From Eledone cirrhosa (taxonomy: Eukaryota): a DNA stretch of 64,000 bases. Location: positions 365,056,001-365,120,000 of the forward strand of contig OZ024742.1 in the NCBI GenBank assembly GCA_964016885.1, in the 5' to 3' direction. The notes beneath the pieces were generated by a model. That model ran no database searches, was not told the DNA's origin, and worked only from the letters and a program-made list of their open reading frames with translations. The position numbers and the translations under genes are program-made. This document shows, piece after piece, positions 1 to 13,776 of the stretch (within the stretch, counting starts at the first letter, position 1; each line of letters opens with the position of its first letter).

Positions 1-1025
1 GAGAATTTATAATTTACGCATTAAAAGTAAAAGACTTGGGATCTCGTAGAAGCACCTTAAAAAATCCCTCAATAAGTGCATACAGCTTATAAGCCCCAAT
101 AAACCTAACAAACCAGAAGAGATTAAGAGACTAAAACAATAAAAAAATAGATAAAATAAAAAAATAAAAAAATAAAAAAATAAAAATATAAAGTTTCCTA
201 AAAAATTCCTTCGAAAGAAAAACAATTTTTTTCCCAGAGATCACGTTAAAAAATTTCAGAAAATTTACGAAGTTTTGATAATCCCTACTAAGTTGAAAGA
301 AACTAATCAATTAAAGGTTAATTAAAAAAGCCTTCAAAAAATCCTTCAGAAAAGGTCCCTTTAATATTTTTAATAAGAACCTCTTCCGAGAGACCCTTCA
401 AAGAATTAAAATTTTAGAGAGCTTTTAAAGATATATATAAACGAATTGAGGAAAATTACAAATTAAAAGTTAAAAATTACGGGATTTGGGAGATCCGAGG
501 AATTTTCAAAGGGCTGCTTCAACAGATACAACTTAGGTATAATAGATAAAGTAATTTAAGTAATTTAAGTAATCTAATTAGGGAGCAATTCAAAGAGCTT
601 ATCAAGTTGGGCAAGATTAAAGAAAATGATAAGTAAGAAAATACATAAGCAAAAAGACAATAATTATAAAATGTATTTTTAAGAAGGTATAAGGTAGCTT
701 CAGTAATCTAATAATGTACTATCAAAAAATTATTATAAAATTATTAATATAGGATTAACAAAGACATAATAATATATTCCTGCCTAATTAACAAACAATC
801 AATAAACAATTAACAGTCAAGCAAAATTAGCTCAGGGATATCCCGCGCTCGGATACTTTACACACATACAGCAACACATAGGATTGAGTGAAACATTGAT
901 GTAAATAATGAACTTACAATCACATGTTATATGCCTTGAAAAGTCCCACCATATGGTCGGACGAAACGGCTGTCGGCAATAAACTTGTTATAATGTCATA
1001 ATAGTTCCTTTGTTCTTTTTCATTA
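1..1025 (+). mobile_element. 3' end of a probable Penelope-like element (AT-rich 3' region, HHR, AATAAA, ends in (TA)n)
   Basis: HHR at 932-978 is followed directly by AATAAA and a short tail into (TA)n. A degraded basic frame at the window start (RIYNLRIKSKRLGIS*KHLKKSLNKC) may be an ORF end. Confidence 0.55.
932..978 (+). ncRNA. Type I hammerhead ribozyme, U3-A8 core variant
   Basis: tgcc-TTGAAAA-gtcc(caccatatggtc)ggac-GAAA-cggctg-TC-ggca: stem I tgcc/ggca, stem II gtcc/ggac, GUC cleavage triplet. Confidence 0.75.
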
Positions 1026-1073
1026 ATATATATATATATCGAGAGCGAGAGAGAGGTGTGTGCATATGTATAT

Positions 1074-1131
<58 letters not shown>

Positions 1132-1161
1132 TGAGAGAGGGTGAGAGGTGTGTGTATATAA

Positions 1162-1263
<102 letters not shown>

Positions 1264-1332
1264 AAAAAAGGATGAAATCGAAAATGCAACTGGAGTCTTA
1301 TTTTAAAAAAAATATATATATTTATTTGGTTC

Positions 1333-1368
1333 CTTTACCTGTTTCGCAGTTCTTCTGCTTTTCAAAAG
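1333..1368 (-). ncRNA. Hammerhead ribozyme (mirror copy in left arm), U3-A8 variant
   Basis: Minus strand: ctt-TTGAAAA-gcag(aagaa)ctgc-GAAA-cagg-TA-aag, then gaaccAAATAAA. Confidence 0.65.
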
Positions 1369-1926
1369 TAGAGTTGAGATGGAGGGTCTGTGGTTTTTCT
1401 CACATCGGGTTGGTCTCTGAATGTTACTTGTTTTATATGGAAAAGGATGACTCGAAACGCCAGGTTTTTAGAGAAGTAATTTGATTGGTTGGTCAATAAG
1501 TATAATAAATTCCGCGCCAGTTCGCGTAACAAAGTTCTTCAAATAAGGAGGGGGGGGGGGGGGGGTACTCAGGTTGTTTTTTCATATATGAGTGTTTGAA
1601 TTTCTTTTTACTTAAAAAAAGGGGCTCACGAAGGCTTTTTTTAATAAAAGTAATTTGATTGGTTATAAATGAAATTATGGCTGTCACGTGAACAAGATTT
1701 CATAAAATTTCGCCCCCGTATTTGGAAATTTATTCTGTAGCCTTTTTAGTGAATTTTATGACAAGCAAAATATAATAGCGCGAAATTTATTATACTTATT
1801 GACCAACTAAACAAATTACCTCTCTAAAAACCTGGCGTTTCGAGCCACTTTTTTCCATATAAAACAAGTAACATTCAGAGACCAACCAGATGTGAGAAAA
1901 ACCACAGACCCTCCATCTCAACTCTA

Positions 1927-1963
1927 CTTTTGAAAAGCAGAAGAACTGCGAAACCGGTAAAAG
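1927..1963 (+). ncRNA. Minimal hammerhead ribozyme, U3-A8 variant, palindromic stem III
   Basis: ctt-TTGAAAA-gcag(aagaa)ctgc-GAAA-ccgg-TA-aaag; stem III accggt is self-complementary; AATAAA follows. Confidence 0.7.
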
Positions 1964-2155
1964 AACCAAATAAATATATATATTTTTTTAAATAAGACTC
2001 CAGTTGCATTTTCGATTTCATCTTTTTTTCCTTATACTTTCACTCGTGTAGGACACCTCGGTTATTTTTCATTTTGTAAAAAAACCCTCACTTCTAATAT
2101 ATATATATATATATATATATACTGTCGAATCAACGTCTTTTATATACAGAAATAA

Positions 2156-5100
2156 GCATGTATGTATGTCAGTATGTATGTCAATGTAGACGGCATGTAT
2201 GTATGTCAATATGTATGTCAATGTAGACGGCATGTATGTATGTCAGTATGTATGTCAATGTACACGGCATGTATGTATGTCAATATATATGTCAATGTAG
2301 ACGGCATGTATGTATGTCAGTATGTATGTCAATGTACACGGCATGTATGTATGTCAATATGTATGTCAATGTAGACGGCATGTATGTATGTCAGTATGTA
2401 TGTCAATGTACACGGCATGTATGTATGTCAGTATGTATGTCAATGTAGACGGCATGTATGTATGTCAGTATGTATGTCAATGTACACGGCATGTATGTAT
2501 GTCAGTATGTATGTCAATGTACACGGCATGTATGTATGTCAGTATGTATGTCAATGTACACGGCATGTATGTATTTCAGTATTATGTCAATGTACACGGC
2601 ATGTATGTATGTCAGTATGTATGTCAATGTAGACGGCATGTATGTATGTCAGTATGTATGTCAATGTAGACGGCATGTATGTATGTCAGTATGTATGTCA
2701 AAGTAGACGGCATGTATGTATGTCAGTATTATGTCAATGTACACGGCATGTATGTATGTCAGTATGTATGTCAATGTAGACGGCATGTATGTATGTCAGT
2801 ATGTATGTCAATGTAGACGACATGTATGTATGTCAGTATGTATGTCAATGTAGACGGCATGTATGTATGTCAGTATGTATGTCAATGTAGACGGCATGTA
2901 TGTATGTCAGTATGTATGTCAATGTAGACGGCATGTATGTATGTCAGTATGTATGTCAATGTACACGGCATGTATGTATGTCAATGTAGACGGCATGTAT
3001 GTATGTCAGTATGTATGTCAATGTACACGGCATGTATGTATGTCAATGTAGACGGCATGTATGTATGTCAGTATGTATGTCAATGTACACGGCATGCATG
3101 TATGTCAGTATGTATGTCAATGTAGACGGCATGTATGTATGTCAGTATGTATGTCAATGTAGACGGCATGTATGTATGTCAGTATGTATGTCAATGTACA
3201 CGGCATGTATGTATGTCAGTATGTATGTCAATGTACACGGCATGTATGTATGTCAATGTACACGGCATGTATGTATGTCAGTATGTATGTCAATGTACAC
3301 GGCATGTATGTATGGCAGTATGTATGTCAATGTAGACGGCATGTATGTATGTCAGTATGTATGTCAATGTAGAGGGCATGTATGTATGTCAGTATGTATG
3401 TCAATGTACACGGCATGTATGTATGTCAATGTACACGGCATGTATGTATGTCAATGTACACGGCATGTATGTATGTCAGTATGTATGTCAATGTACATGG
3501 CATGTATGTATGTCAATGTAGAGGGCATGTATGTATGTCAGTATGTATGTCAATGTACACGGCATGTATGTGTGTCAGTATGTATGTCAATGTACACGGC
3601 ATGTATGTATGTCAATGTACACGGCATGTATGTATGTCAATGTAGACGGCATGTATGTATGTCAGTATGTATGTCAATGTACACGGCATGTATGTATGTC
3701 AATGTAGACGGCATGTATGTATGTCAGTATGTATGTCAATGTAGACGGCATGTATGTATGTCAGTATATATGTCAATGTACACGGCATGTATGTATGTCA
3801 ATGTAGACGGCATGTATGTATGTCAATGTACACGGCATGTATGTATGTCAGTATGTATGTCAATGTACACGGCATGTATGTATGTCAATGTAGACGGCAT
3901 GTATGTATGTCAATGTACACGGCATGTATGTATGTGAGTATGTATGTCAATGTACATGGCATGTATGTATGTCAATGTAGACGGCATGTATGTATGTCAG
4001 TATGTATGTCAATGTACACGGCATGTATGTATGTCAGTATGTATGTCAATGTAGACGGCATGTATGTATGTCAATGTAGACGGCATGTATGTATGTCAGT
4101 ATGCATGTCAATATACACAGCATGTATGTATGTCAGTATGTATGTCAATGTAGACGGCATGTATGTATGTCAGTATGTATGTCAATGTAGACGGCATGTA
4201 TGTATGTCAATGTAGACGGCATGTATGTATGTGAGTATGTATGTCAATGTACATGGCATGTATGTATGTCAATGTAGACGGCATGTATGTATGTCAGTAT
4301 GTATGTCAATGTACACGGCATGTATGTATGTCAGTATGTATGTCAAAGTACACGGCATGTATGTATATCAGTATGTATGTCAATGTACACGGCATGTATG
4401 TGTGTCAGTATGTATGTCAATGTAGACGGCATGTATGTATGTCAGTATGTATGTCAATGTACACGGCATGTATGTATGTCAGTATGTATGTCAATGTAGA
4501 CGGCATGTATGTATGTCAGTATGTATGTCAATGTACACGGCATGTATGTATGTTAGTATGTATGTCAATGTAGAGGGCATGTATGTATGTCAATGTAGAC
4601 GGCATGTATGTATGTCAGTATGTATGTCAATGTACACGGCATGTATGTATGTCAGTATGTATGTCAATGTTGACGGCATGTATGTATGTCAATGTAGAGG
4701 GCATGTATGTATGTCAGTATGCATGTCAATATACACGGCATGTATGTATGTCAGTATATATGTCAATGTACACGGCATGTATGTATGTCAATGTAGACGG
4801 CATGTATGTATGTCAGTATGTATGTCAATGTTGACGGCATGTATGTATGTCAATGTAGAGGGCATGTATGTATGTCAGTATGCATGTCAATATACACGGC
4901 ATGTATGTATGTCAGTATGTATGTCAATGTACACGGCATGTATGTATGTCAATGTAGACGGCATGTATGTATGTCAGTATGTATGTCAATGTTGACGGCA
5001 TGTATGTATGTCAATGTAGAGGGCATGTATGTATGTCAGTATGCATGTCAATATACACGGCATGTATGTATGTCAGTATGTATGTCAATGTACACGGCAT

Positions 5101-5468
5101 GTATGTATGTCAATGTAGACGGCATGTATGTATGTCAGTATGTATGTCAATGTTGACGGCATGTATGTATGTCAATGTAGAGGGCATGTATGTATGTCAG
5201 TATGCATGTCAATATACACGGCATGTATGTATGTCAGTATGTATGTCAATATACACGGCATGTATGTATGTCAGTATGTATGTCAATGTACACGGCATGT
5301 ATGTATGTCAATATAGACGCCATGTATGTATGTCAGTATGTATGTCAATGTAGACGCCATGTATGTATGTCAGTATGTATGTCAATATACACGGCATGTA
5401 TGTATGTCAGTATGTATGTCAATGTCGAGGGCATGTATGTATGTCAGTATGTATGTCAATGTAGACGC
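2156..5468. repeat. Minisatellite, 37-bp unit (gtatgtatgtcagtatgtatgtcaatgta[g/c]acggcat) mixed with a 25-bp variant
   Basis: Directly visible tandem array built from (TATG)n; the 25-bp form lacks one 12-bp subunit; 161-bp higher-order period near 4.8-5.2 kb. Confidence 0.97.
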
Positions 5469-5490
5469 CGTTGAGCTTTTAAATTGATAA

Positions 5491-5740
5491 TTGTTTCTAC
5501 ATTTGGCAGAAGGCCAGCAATTATTCCAGAGCGTTACTGGTACTTTATTTTATCGACCTCTTAAGGATGAAACGCAAAGTTAAACTGGGCGGGATTTGAA
5601 CACAGATCATAAAGGGCCGTAACTCTATGCTGTAAAAAGTTAAAATAGGCGGGATTTGAACACAGATCATAAAGGGCCGTAACTCTATGCTGTAAAGCAT
5701 AGCGCCCGACCCTCTAGCGATACTGCCAATTCAGCGCCCC
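5491..5740 (-). mobile_element. tRNA-derived SINE (Meta-domain type) with internal 60-bp tandem duplication
   Basis: Minus strand shows B-box gttcaaatccc and tttcatcctt..gaggtcgataaaataaagtaccag; 12-bp target-site duplication (TSD) ttaaattgataa at 5479-5490 and 5741-5752. Confidence 0.85.
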
Positions 5741-5859
5741 TTAAATTGATAACAGTCGTTAAAATACTGAAGAGATATTTGGCAGTATTTTTTAGGTTTT
5801 TTACGAACTGAGATGATATAGATGATATTGTCGTTGTTATTGCTGTTCTTTCTTATCAC

Positions 5860-5867
5860 TATTACTG

Positions 5868-5930
<63 letters not shown>

Positions 5931-5990
5931 ACAGCAATATCAACAACAACAACAACAACAACAATAACATTAATAATAATGATAATAATA
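5860..5990. repeat. Compound (ACT)n/(AAC)n/(AAT)n microsatellite
   Basis: Direct inspection. Confidence 0.95.
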
Positions 5991-6242
5991 ATGCTTTCTT
6001 TATTAGCCACAAGGGTTTACATAAAGTAGACATTAAGGACAGTACAGAACAATAGAGGACGGTACAAATGGACATTTCTGCGTGTAAAAAAAACAGATGA
6101 TGTAATAAAAGAAATAACAATGAAAAATTCCCCAATAGGGGGGAGACTTCGGAGGGACATTTGTGGAGAAAGCCCATTAAAAGAGGCCACAGTGACCCTG
6201 ACCACCAAAGCAAGTGCCCTCTACCAGTTTTCCACCTTTAAT

Positions 6243-9200
6243 TTACAGACACATACTCAGAGTAGGCCCATTTAATCGGGCCATACTTGCTTCTCTCACC
6301 CATATTTCAACAAAAGGCTGGGAAGAGAGCACTTCCCTCTCTACCCTGATTTTACTTTTCAAATGAAATTTGAAAGAGTTAATCAGGGCATCACCGAAGA
6401 GGTAAGTGCTCTTCTTCAGCCCTTTCAAACGTGTCCACCATACTATCTCTTTCGCCATGGCCACCAGACAGATAAAAACTGCCTGCCCTTCCCGGCTAAG
6501 GGAAGAGGGCGGGGCAATCCTCACGATGGACTCAGATGATAGCCGGATCCGTCCTACACGCGACAGCAGGTGTTCGACATAAACCCACAAGTCAGCAATT
6601 TTCAGACACTGGACAAGTACGTGCAGGACGGTTTCATCGCCCTGCGCGCATCTCGGACATGCCCGGCTGACGGCACCTCCATGCCTGTAGAGTTTATCCC
6701 GAACTGGCAAAGCTCCTCGGTAGCACTGCCAGGCCAGGGATTTCTGGAAGTTGTCCATAGGCCCCGGTCCGAAAGTCCTTCCGAAGAGATTGGGTAGTTG
6801 ATTTTCGTCGACGCCAAGAGTTTCTCCAAGTACGTCGTCGCTCTTCCCCTCCTCTAATACTCTATAGAACGCCAAGGTGGAGTTTCTACCGCTCACATTG
6901 CGCGATTGGTCGAGGGCTGTGAGCGCCTGATGACATTCCAGTCTCCAAGCGCTCCCTCTCGGTCTTCGCTTGACCCATGACTGCAGCTCCGTCAAGGAGA
7001 CGAGCTGGGGAAAGACGTGTCTAGCAAACGGCGACCACACCTGATCACCGTCGAGGAAGAGGGTGAGATGTCGTAGCCTGAGCACGTGTCTGCGCATCAT
7101 CAGCCACGACATGCCCAGCCCTCCACGTAGCGGGTGTGACAGCAGATGGACCGCCTGACCATCGGAGCGCGTCCCTTCCACAAAAAGCGAAAGAGCAAAC
7201 GCCCCAGCACAGTCAGGCGGGGCTTACGACAAGGTACGACGGTCAGGTGGTAGTAGATGACGGACGCGATGTACGCGTTAGCCACCTCCGCTCGACCTTT
7301 CAGGGATAGCTTCCTCTCCACCCATTTCTGGGTGAGAGAAGCTCCCCTGCTCGTCACCTCGTCCCAGTTTTTGTCCGTCCGGAGGTCCGGACCGAACCAG
7401 ACTCCTAGCAATTTAACTAGCCGTCCGTCCAGCGCCCGACGACGCTGTTGGACGGCATGGACCTGCCTCTCCAGGTGCCGAGCTGCAGGCCTACTGACAT
7501 TTCCTGGTTGATCATTGCTCCTGTCACCGCTTCGTATTCTCTTAGTGTAGTGCCGATCGCCTCGATGTGTTTGGCGTTCGACACCACTACGGTGGCATCG
7601 TCCGCATAGTCTGACATGGATCTTCTGCATCCTAGTTCGCGCGGGACCCCCCTCAACGTCTCCAGTTTGTGCAGTAATGACTCGAGAGTCAATACGTACA
7701 AGAGGGACGAGAGGGGATCCTTGGCGGACCGAGCGCATGATGTTGAACGGTTCCGAAAGGTGACTGTTCACTCTCACCACAGAGCAGATGTCGCTGTGCA
7801 TGGCAGCGATCCAGCCTCTGAAGACGGGCCCAAAGCCAGCCGCCCTCAGGACTGCTGCTAGGTAACGATGGTCGACCCTATCGAAAGCTTTCGACTGATC
7901 TAAATTGATCAAGGACCCACCCATGCCAGGTTCCCTAGCTACCCTCTCTACGATGTATCGCATGAGGTGGAGGTTGTCGTGGATGGATCTGTCGGGAATG
8001 GCGCACGTCTGCGACTGTCCCACCAGACCACCAACGACAAGCGCCAACCTCTTTGCTAGCACCTTGGCCAAAATCTTGAACTCTGTGTTTAGCAGAGTTA
8101 TGGGCCTAAAATGATCTATGTTATCTCCCTTGTTCGGATCCTTTCTCAGCAGCGCCACAGCTCCTCGGCTCACAGAGCTGGGAATTCTCCCGTTCTGTTG
8201 CCAGTTGTAGTAGACGTCCACCAAGAGGCCTCCGAACAAGTCTGGAATCTGTACGTAAAGTTCATAGGGCAGACCATCCAAACCAGGCGTTTTACCCCTT
8301 GTGCCGCCAGTCATTGCCTCCCGTACTTCAGCGGCTGTTATCGGCTTTTCGCAACACTCCGCCTCAGTGGGCGAGAGCCGCGGCAGACCGTCGAGGTAAA
8401 CACTAAAGTCCATCCCTCGATCCGGCCCGCCGCTGCCCCCGAACAGCTGTGCGAAGTGTCGCTGAAAAGCTTCACACATTTTCCCGGGATCGAGTAGCAT
8501 GCGCCCGTCGTGGTCCACCAAAGACCGGATCGTGGCTTTGTTTGCACGACGCGCCTCCGCCACTCGAGCCCATTGAACGGCTTTCGTCCCCTCGTGTCTG
8601 AGAGCACGCACCCTAGCTCTAACAACGCAGCCTTCGTGCTTTGCATTGAAGAATTGGTCAAGCGCCAAGTTCGCCGCAAGTACGTCGGTCGCGATGCCTT
8701 TGCTAAGCGCCTCGTCTAATTTTCTAACTAATTCTCCCTCTGCTCTATTTTTCTCTATTGCTAAAGCCTTACTAAACCTAATGGACTCTATTCTAATCGT
8801 TCTTTCAGAGCAAACCACCACTTGTTGTTGACGATGGCCCCCGTCAACGCCCGCTTAACTAGTTCGCTAATCCGGTCTCTGTAGGCCTTGCGGGCTGGTA
8901 AGGGCGCGTTCAGCTTCCAGTAGCCGGGTCCTCGTCTATGAAACCTAGCTAAATCAAGCACAGATCACGAATGTGTGGTCCGTGTAGCTGACTATCTTGA
9001 ATTGTGGACAGCCTATGCTAGACCTATCTATTTCCCTACAAAATACTCTATCTAGATATGATCTGGATGACCCTATGCGATTTGTCCAAATCCACATTGG
9101 CACATTCGGGAAATCCAATCGGTACCTCTCAGACAGTTCAAAACGCCTGAGCAGGTTGGTGAGGCTCTTGCACCATCCTCCCCTATTCGCTGATCCCACA

Positions 9201-9655
9201 CAGTCCCAGCGTGCATCTAAGATCCCGTTCCAGTCGCCCACTAACACTAACGAGCCGGACGTTCCAAGAAAGGTCTCAAGACGCCGGAAGAAATCAGGCC
9301 GCCCTGCTCCTGTCGGGGCATAGACGGCCACTAGCCTGAAAGCTTGCCCGTCTCCGCTGGTCACGTCCAGCACCACCAACTTACCTTCTGGGTCCAGGAA
9401 GATGGCCCGTATGGCGAGATCCAAACCTCTCTGAAAAAGCACAGCAACTCCTCCCCCCGATCCCGGACGGCTAGGAGATGCGTACACATCGTAGCCGCAG
9501 AAGATCGGTGCGAAGGCCCATGCTTCGGAGATTCTGGTCTCGCTGATGGTCACTACATCTATGTTTAGTGATCTGAGGTCGTTGAGCAGGTGGCCCTGCT
9601 TCCATGACGACCCCAAGCCACGCGCATTTATGCTGCCTATTCTGAGTGAGGTCAT
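6243..9655 (-). pseudogene. Family A ORF2 (APE endonuclease + reverse transcriptase), broken by stops and frameshifts
   Basis: Motifs SINARGL, VGDWNGILD, YLDR, PGLDGLP, FRPITLLN, DQSKAFDRVDH, VRQG, YADD and CPRC..ETVLHVLVQC are spread over four ORF fragments. Confidence 0.92.
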
Positions 9656-9695
9656 GTTGAAATGGAGTGGAAAAGATGGGAAAGCCCACTTACCT

Positions 9696-11610
9696 TACTT
9701 CTCGTAGAGGAAGGATGGTTTCTCCATCCTTTTCACTGCTTGTGGCCTCTTCCAGAAGGATGTCCTTATAAATCCTCCTGGAGAGTGTTTATCGAAAGTC
9801 TCCGATGTCTTTGGGGAATTTTTGTTTCAGTGTCGTGTACGTTTTCTGTGTGATGCGAGTGATTTGTATGTGTGGCGGTTGTGTGAACCTTTGGGTTGTT
9901 GTGTAGTCCTTTTCTGTGATGCTGGTGTTGTGTTGGATGTAGTGTAATAATTGGTTGTTGTTCAAATTTAATGCTGTGTAGTGTGTATCGTTTTGGTTGT
10001 TTTGTTTTGTTTGCGTTTATTGTGGGATTTTTTGTTTCGCTTTTTAGTGACATTTGTGGTGTTGGTGATGGTGGTGTTGGGGTTAATGATGGTGATGGTG
10101 TTGGTGTTTGTGGTGATGGGGTTGGTGATGCTGGTGTGGATCGTGGCATATCTGTCCTAACTTTTTTGTTTGATAGTTTATTTGTTTCCCTCTGTATTTT
10201 ATTTTTGGAGGGGGAGGAAAGAGAATTTTTTTCTTTTTTGGTTTCTTTTTTTCATTTTTCCTGATACCGTTTCCCACTCCTCGTCGTCTCAATCTGTCTC
10301 CAGTTGTGATAGGCCGGGGAGTGGAAAATCCTCCACAGGCGTTGGTTTTGGTTGTGGCGTGGTGGATGGTGTAGGCGCTGGTGCTAGTTCTGGCACGTTG
10401 GGTGGTGGTAGTGTTGGTTTTGCTACTGTTGCTGGGGTTGTTGCTGTTACAGTTGCTTCTGTGTTGCTGCTACAGTTGTTGCTGCCATCTCTGCTGCTGG
10501 TGGTGTTGATGGTTGAGTCACTAGGGTGGGTAAGGGAGGTGGCCTCAACCTTTTAGCCTGAGGGCAGAAATCACTTAGGTGGGTTCCTTCACCACAAACG
10601 ACACACCTAGGCCTTCTGCCCTCGACGATTACGGTGAGGTGGCTGCCGTTAGTGAGGTCTATTATCTCTGGGATCTCCTCAATGCTTTTTTGGTACGCTT
10701 GGATCAGGAGCTCCTTCCCAGATCCAGACCAGTTCTCCTGCTTTTCTTTCGCAATTTCGATTATCAAGGTGTTGGCTTCGATGCCGGCGCGGATGGCAGC
10801 TATTAGCCACGGAATTTCGATGGTCGGTGGAACGTGGGTTACCCTGATCTTCACGAGTCTCTGGCCACAATAGCTTGGGACGAGTGTGAAGTCGTCAATT
10901 CTTAATGGGGCCATGGAGTGTTCTCTGGCCTCCTGTGGTGTTTCAAAGAACACGTCCACGGTTCCATATTTCTGCCCACGTCTGATGTGGGGTTTTTTTG
11001 CCCACACATGTCCCAAAGCTTTTTGGATTTGGGACTCAGATGCCCGTTCCACTCGGCGCGATTTTATGTTTATCGTTCGATAAGACACGGTGCATAGGCG
11101 CCGATGCTCCATTTTATTAGGTGTATGTGGGGGGGGGGGGGGGCTGACCCTGTACCCGTCTTTCTTTACCATTTTTTTGGCTTCTTCTAATTCCTCCTGA
11201 GTTACCTGGAATGCTTCGCACTGTTTTGCTACTCTGGCAAAACTCAGGGTGGTTTTCTTAATTTCATTGTTTCTGTTGTTGTTATCGTTATTTTTGTTAT
11301 TATTAATTTTAGTTTCAGTTGTGGTGGTGGTGGCGTCAGTGGTGTTCGGTGTGGAAGAGTTCATTTTGGTTGAATTCATTTCGATATCACGAGTTGTCTT
11401 TTGATTCTCTTGTCGCTGTGGTGGTCGGGGTGGCGGCTTTAACACCTGCAGTCATTGGTAATGGCGGGAAATGAATATCTGCCTGAGACAAATTTAAAAT
11501 ATTGCTACTGCTTATATTTTTAGTGTTGGCACACGTAGTAATATTTACAATGGTGGTGTCGGTGTGAGGTGTTAGTTTGTGAGGAAGGTGCGACTCTAAG
11601 TCGGACATGA
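9696..11610 (-). pseudogene. Family A ORF1 (gag-like, CCHC zinc knuckle), frameshifted
   Basis: VEGRRPRCVVCGEGTHLSDFC in ORF 10447..11445, with low-complexity Pro/Thr-rich flanks; boundaries approximate. Confidence 0.75.
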
Positions 11611-11826
11611 TTTTTGAAAGAACATTTTTTTTTTGTTTGATAATTATAAAAAGTTTAAATATTGGGCTCAAGGCCCCAATCTATTTGAGTGTCTTTTCAG
11701 AAATCAATGTATGTGCACTTATATACAGTTAACAATAAGAATTTTCCATAAATGGCAATTTTAAACAACTGAAAATAACAAACCTTTGCGGAGCTCACGA
11801 TGATACGATTTACTACGTAGGTCGAC

Positions 11827-11898
<72 letters not shown>
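11827..11898. repeat. (AAT)n microsatellite shared by two LINE junctions
   Basis: Direct inspection. Confidence 0.97.
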
Positions 11899-11899
<1 letters not shown>

Positions 11900-13776
11900 T
11901 TTAATTGTGGAATTTTTCAGGGTGACTCTTTATCACCGCTTTTATTCTGCATCGCACTTATACCATTAATGAAACAAAACATGGATATAAGGTCTATGAC
12001 AAAACCATTAATCACTTGTTCTACATGGATACCTGAAACTATTTGCAAAAAATGATGAACAATTGCAAAGGCTATTATCCACTGTGGAGCAGTTCAGTGA
12101 TGACATTAAAATGGAGTTTGGAATAGATAAATGCGCCAAAGCAACGTTCACCAGAGGAAACCTGCTGAAAATTTCAGACATCAATCTTGATCGGGGGAAT
12201 GTGATAAGAGAACTTGATCAAGAGGAAACTTACAAATATCTAGGTGTTTGTGAAGGAGACGGAATCAAGCACTCGACAATGAGAGAAAGGATATGGAAGG
12301 AATGTTACCGCAGAGTAAGAGCAATCTTAAGAACGGAATTGAATGCAAGGAATAGGATCGATGCCATAAACACGCTTGCCATACCTGTACTAACCTACAG
12401 TTACAAGTTACAATGTCATCAACTGGTCAATCACAGAGATCCATAGACTCGATAAAAAAATTAGAAAATTCTAACCATGCACAGAATGCATCACCCTAAG
12501 GCAGATACAGATATAATATATCTCCCTAGGAAAGAAGGAGGAAGTGGGTTAATCCAGTTAGATATTGCGTTGAAAACTGCAACAATTGGATTATCTACAT
12601 ATCTAAGTAATCACATGATTGGATGATCAAACTCGTTTTGAAATACGAAAGCATCAAAAGATGAAACACCAAAGCATCAAAAGATCATACTCCATTACAA
12701 AAGATGCACAAAGATACAGTAATGGACTACAAATTCCAGAACTCCCATTTACTGCTGAAATGGAAAACACAGAAAAAGCAAAGCAGGTAAAAGTAACTGC
12801 AAAGAAAGAACTGCTACATAAACTGGCTAAGAAATGGCAAGAAAAGCCTCTGTATGGAAAATACCCAGAAAGAGCTAACAATCCTGATGTTGACAAAACA
12901 TTAACCCATCAGTGGTTGGCATCCTCTGGACTGAAATCGGAGACTGAAGGTCTGATTATATCAGCACAAGATCAGTGTCTGCCAACAAAAAATTACCAAG
13001 CCAACATAATAAAAAATGGATGCAGCCCATTATGCCGTGTATGTAGAAATACAGCCAGAGACCATTGATCATATTCGATGAAGATGGTGATGCTCAATGT
13101 GCAGTCCTATAGCTCCAAATGAATACCTAAACAGGCATGACATAGCTGCACAATACATACATTGGATATTGTGTAAGTATTTTGACCTGCCCCATCAAAA
13201 GAATTGATGGGAGCATCAACCGCCTCCCATACTTTAAAAAGATCACATCTCAATCTTGTGGAACTTTAGCATCCAAACAGACCGAAAAATAGATGCAAAT
13301 AGACCTGATATAATAATGAAGGACTTTAAAAAGAGGGTTTGCCTGCTAATTGATATTTCCGTTCCAATAGACAAGAATGTATCTATAAAAACATTTGAAA
13401 AATTGAGCAAGTATAAGGACCTGGAGATAGAAATTGGAAAAATCTGGAAATTGAGAACTAAAACAATACCAGTGGTTGTAGGCGCTCTGGGAATGATACC
13501 TATGGGGTTTAATGATTACTTATCGCAAATCCCAGGAAACCCGCGTATAGGAGAAATACAAAAGCTAGTACTAATGGGAACTGCCCATATACTAAGGAAG
13601 ATTATGTCAATATAAGTACATCACAAGTCTAAACACCTAAAGATGCATGTGTGTGTATGTATGTTCTTTCTTGAACATGGCAGACCTTGTTGTCTCTTGA
13701 GGTCACTGGTTGTGACTTGGTGATAACTCGTATGAACATAAAACAAGATAAATGCAACTGTAATAATAATAATAAT
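11899..13776 (+). mobile_element. 5'-truncated, decayed R4/Dong-like non-LTR element (RT + restriction-like endonuclease)
   Basis: GIFQGDSLSPLLF, HLFYMD, MEFGIDKC, YKYLG, CRVC, RHD and RPDI..LIDISVP (PD-D/ExK) motifs; (TAA)n tail; Dong-type elements are known (TAA)n targeters. Confidence 0.88.

Larger units (their letters stand above)
5991..11826 (-). mobile_element. Full-length but decayed L1/Tx1-clade LINE (family A) in an (AAT)n tract
   Basis: ORF1 with CCHC knuckle and ORF2 with APE endonuclease, RT and C-terminal Zn motif; AATAAA at the 3' end; (AAT)n at both ends. Confidence 0.93.

Noticed and set aside
2162-5474. Cys/Met-rich repetitive ORFs
   Set aside because: Translations of the minisatellite in all three frames; no coding signal
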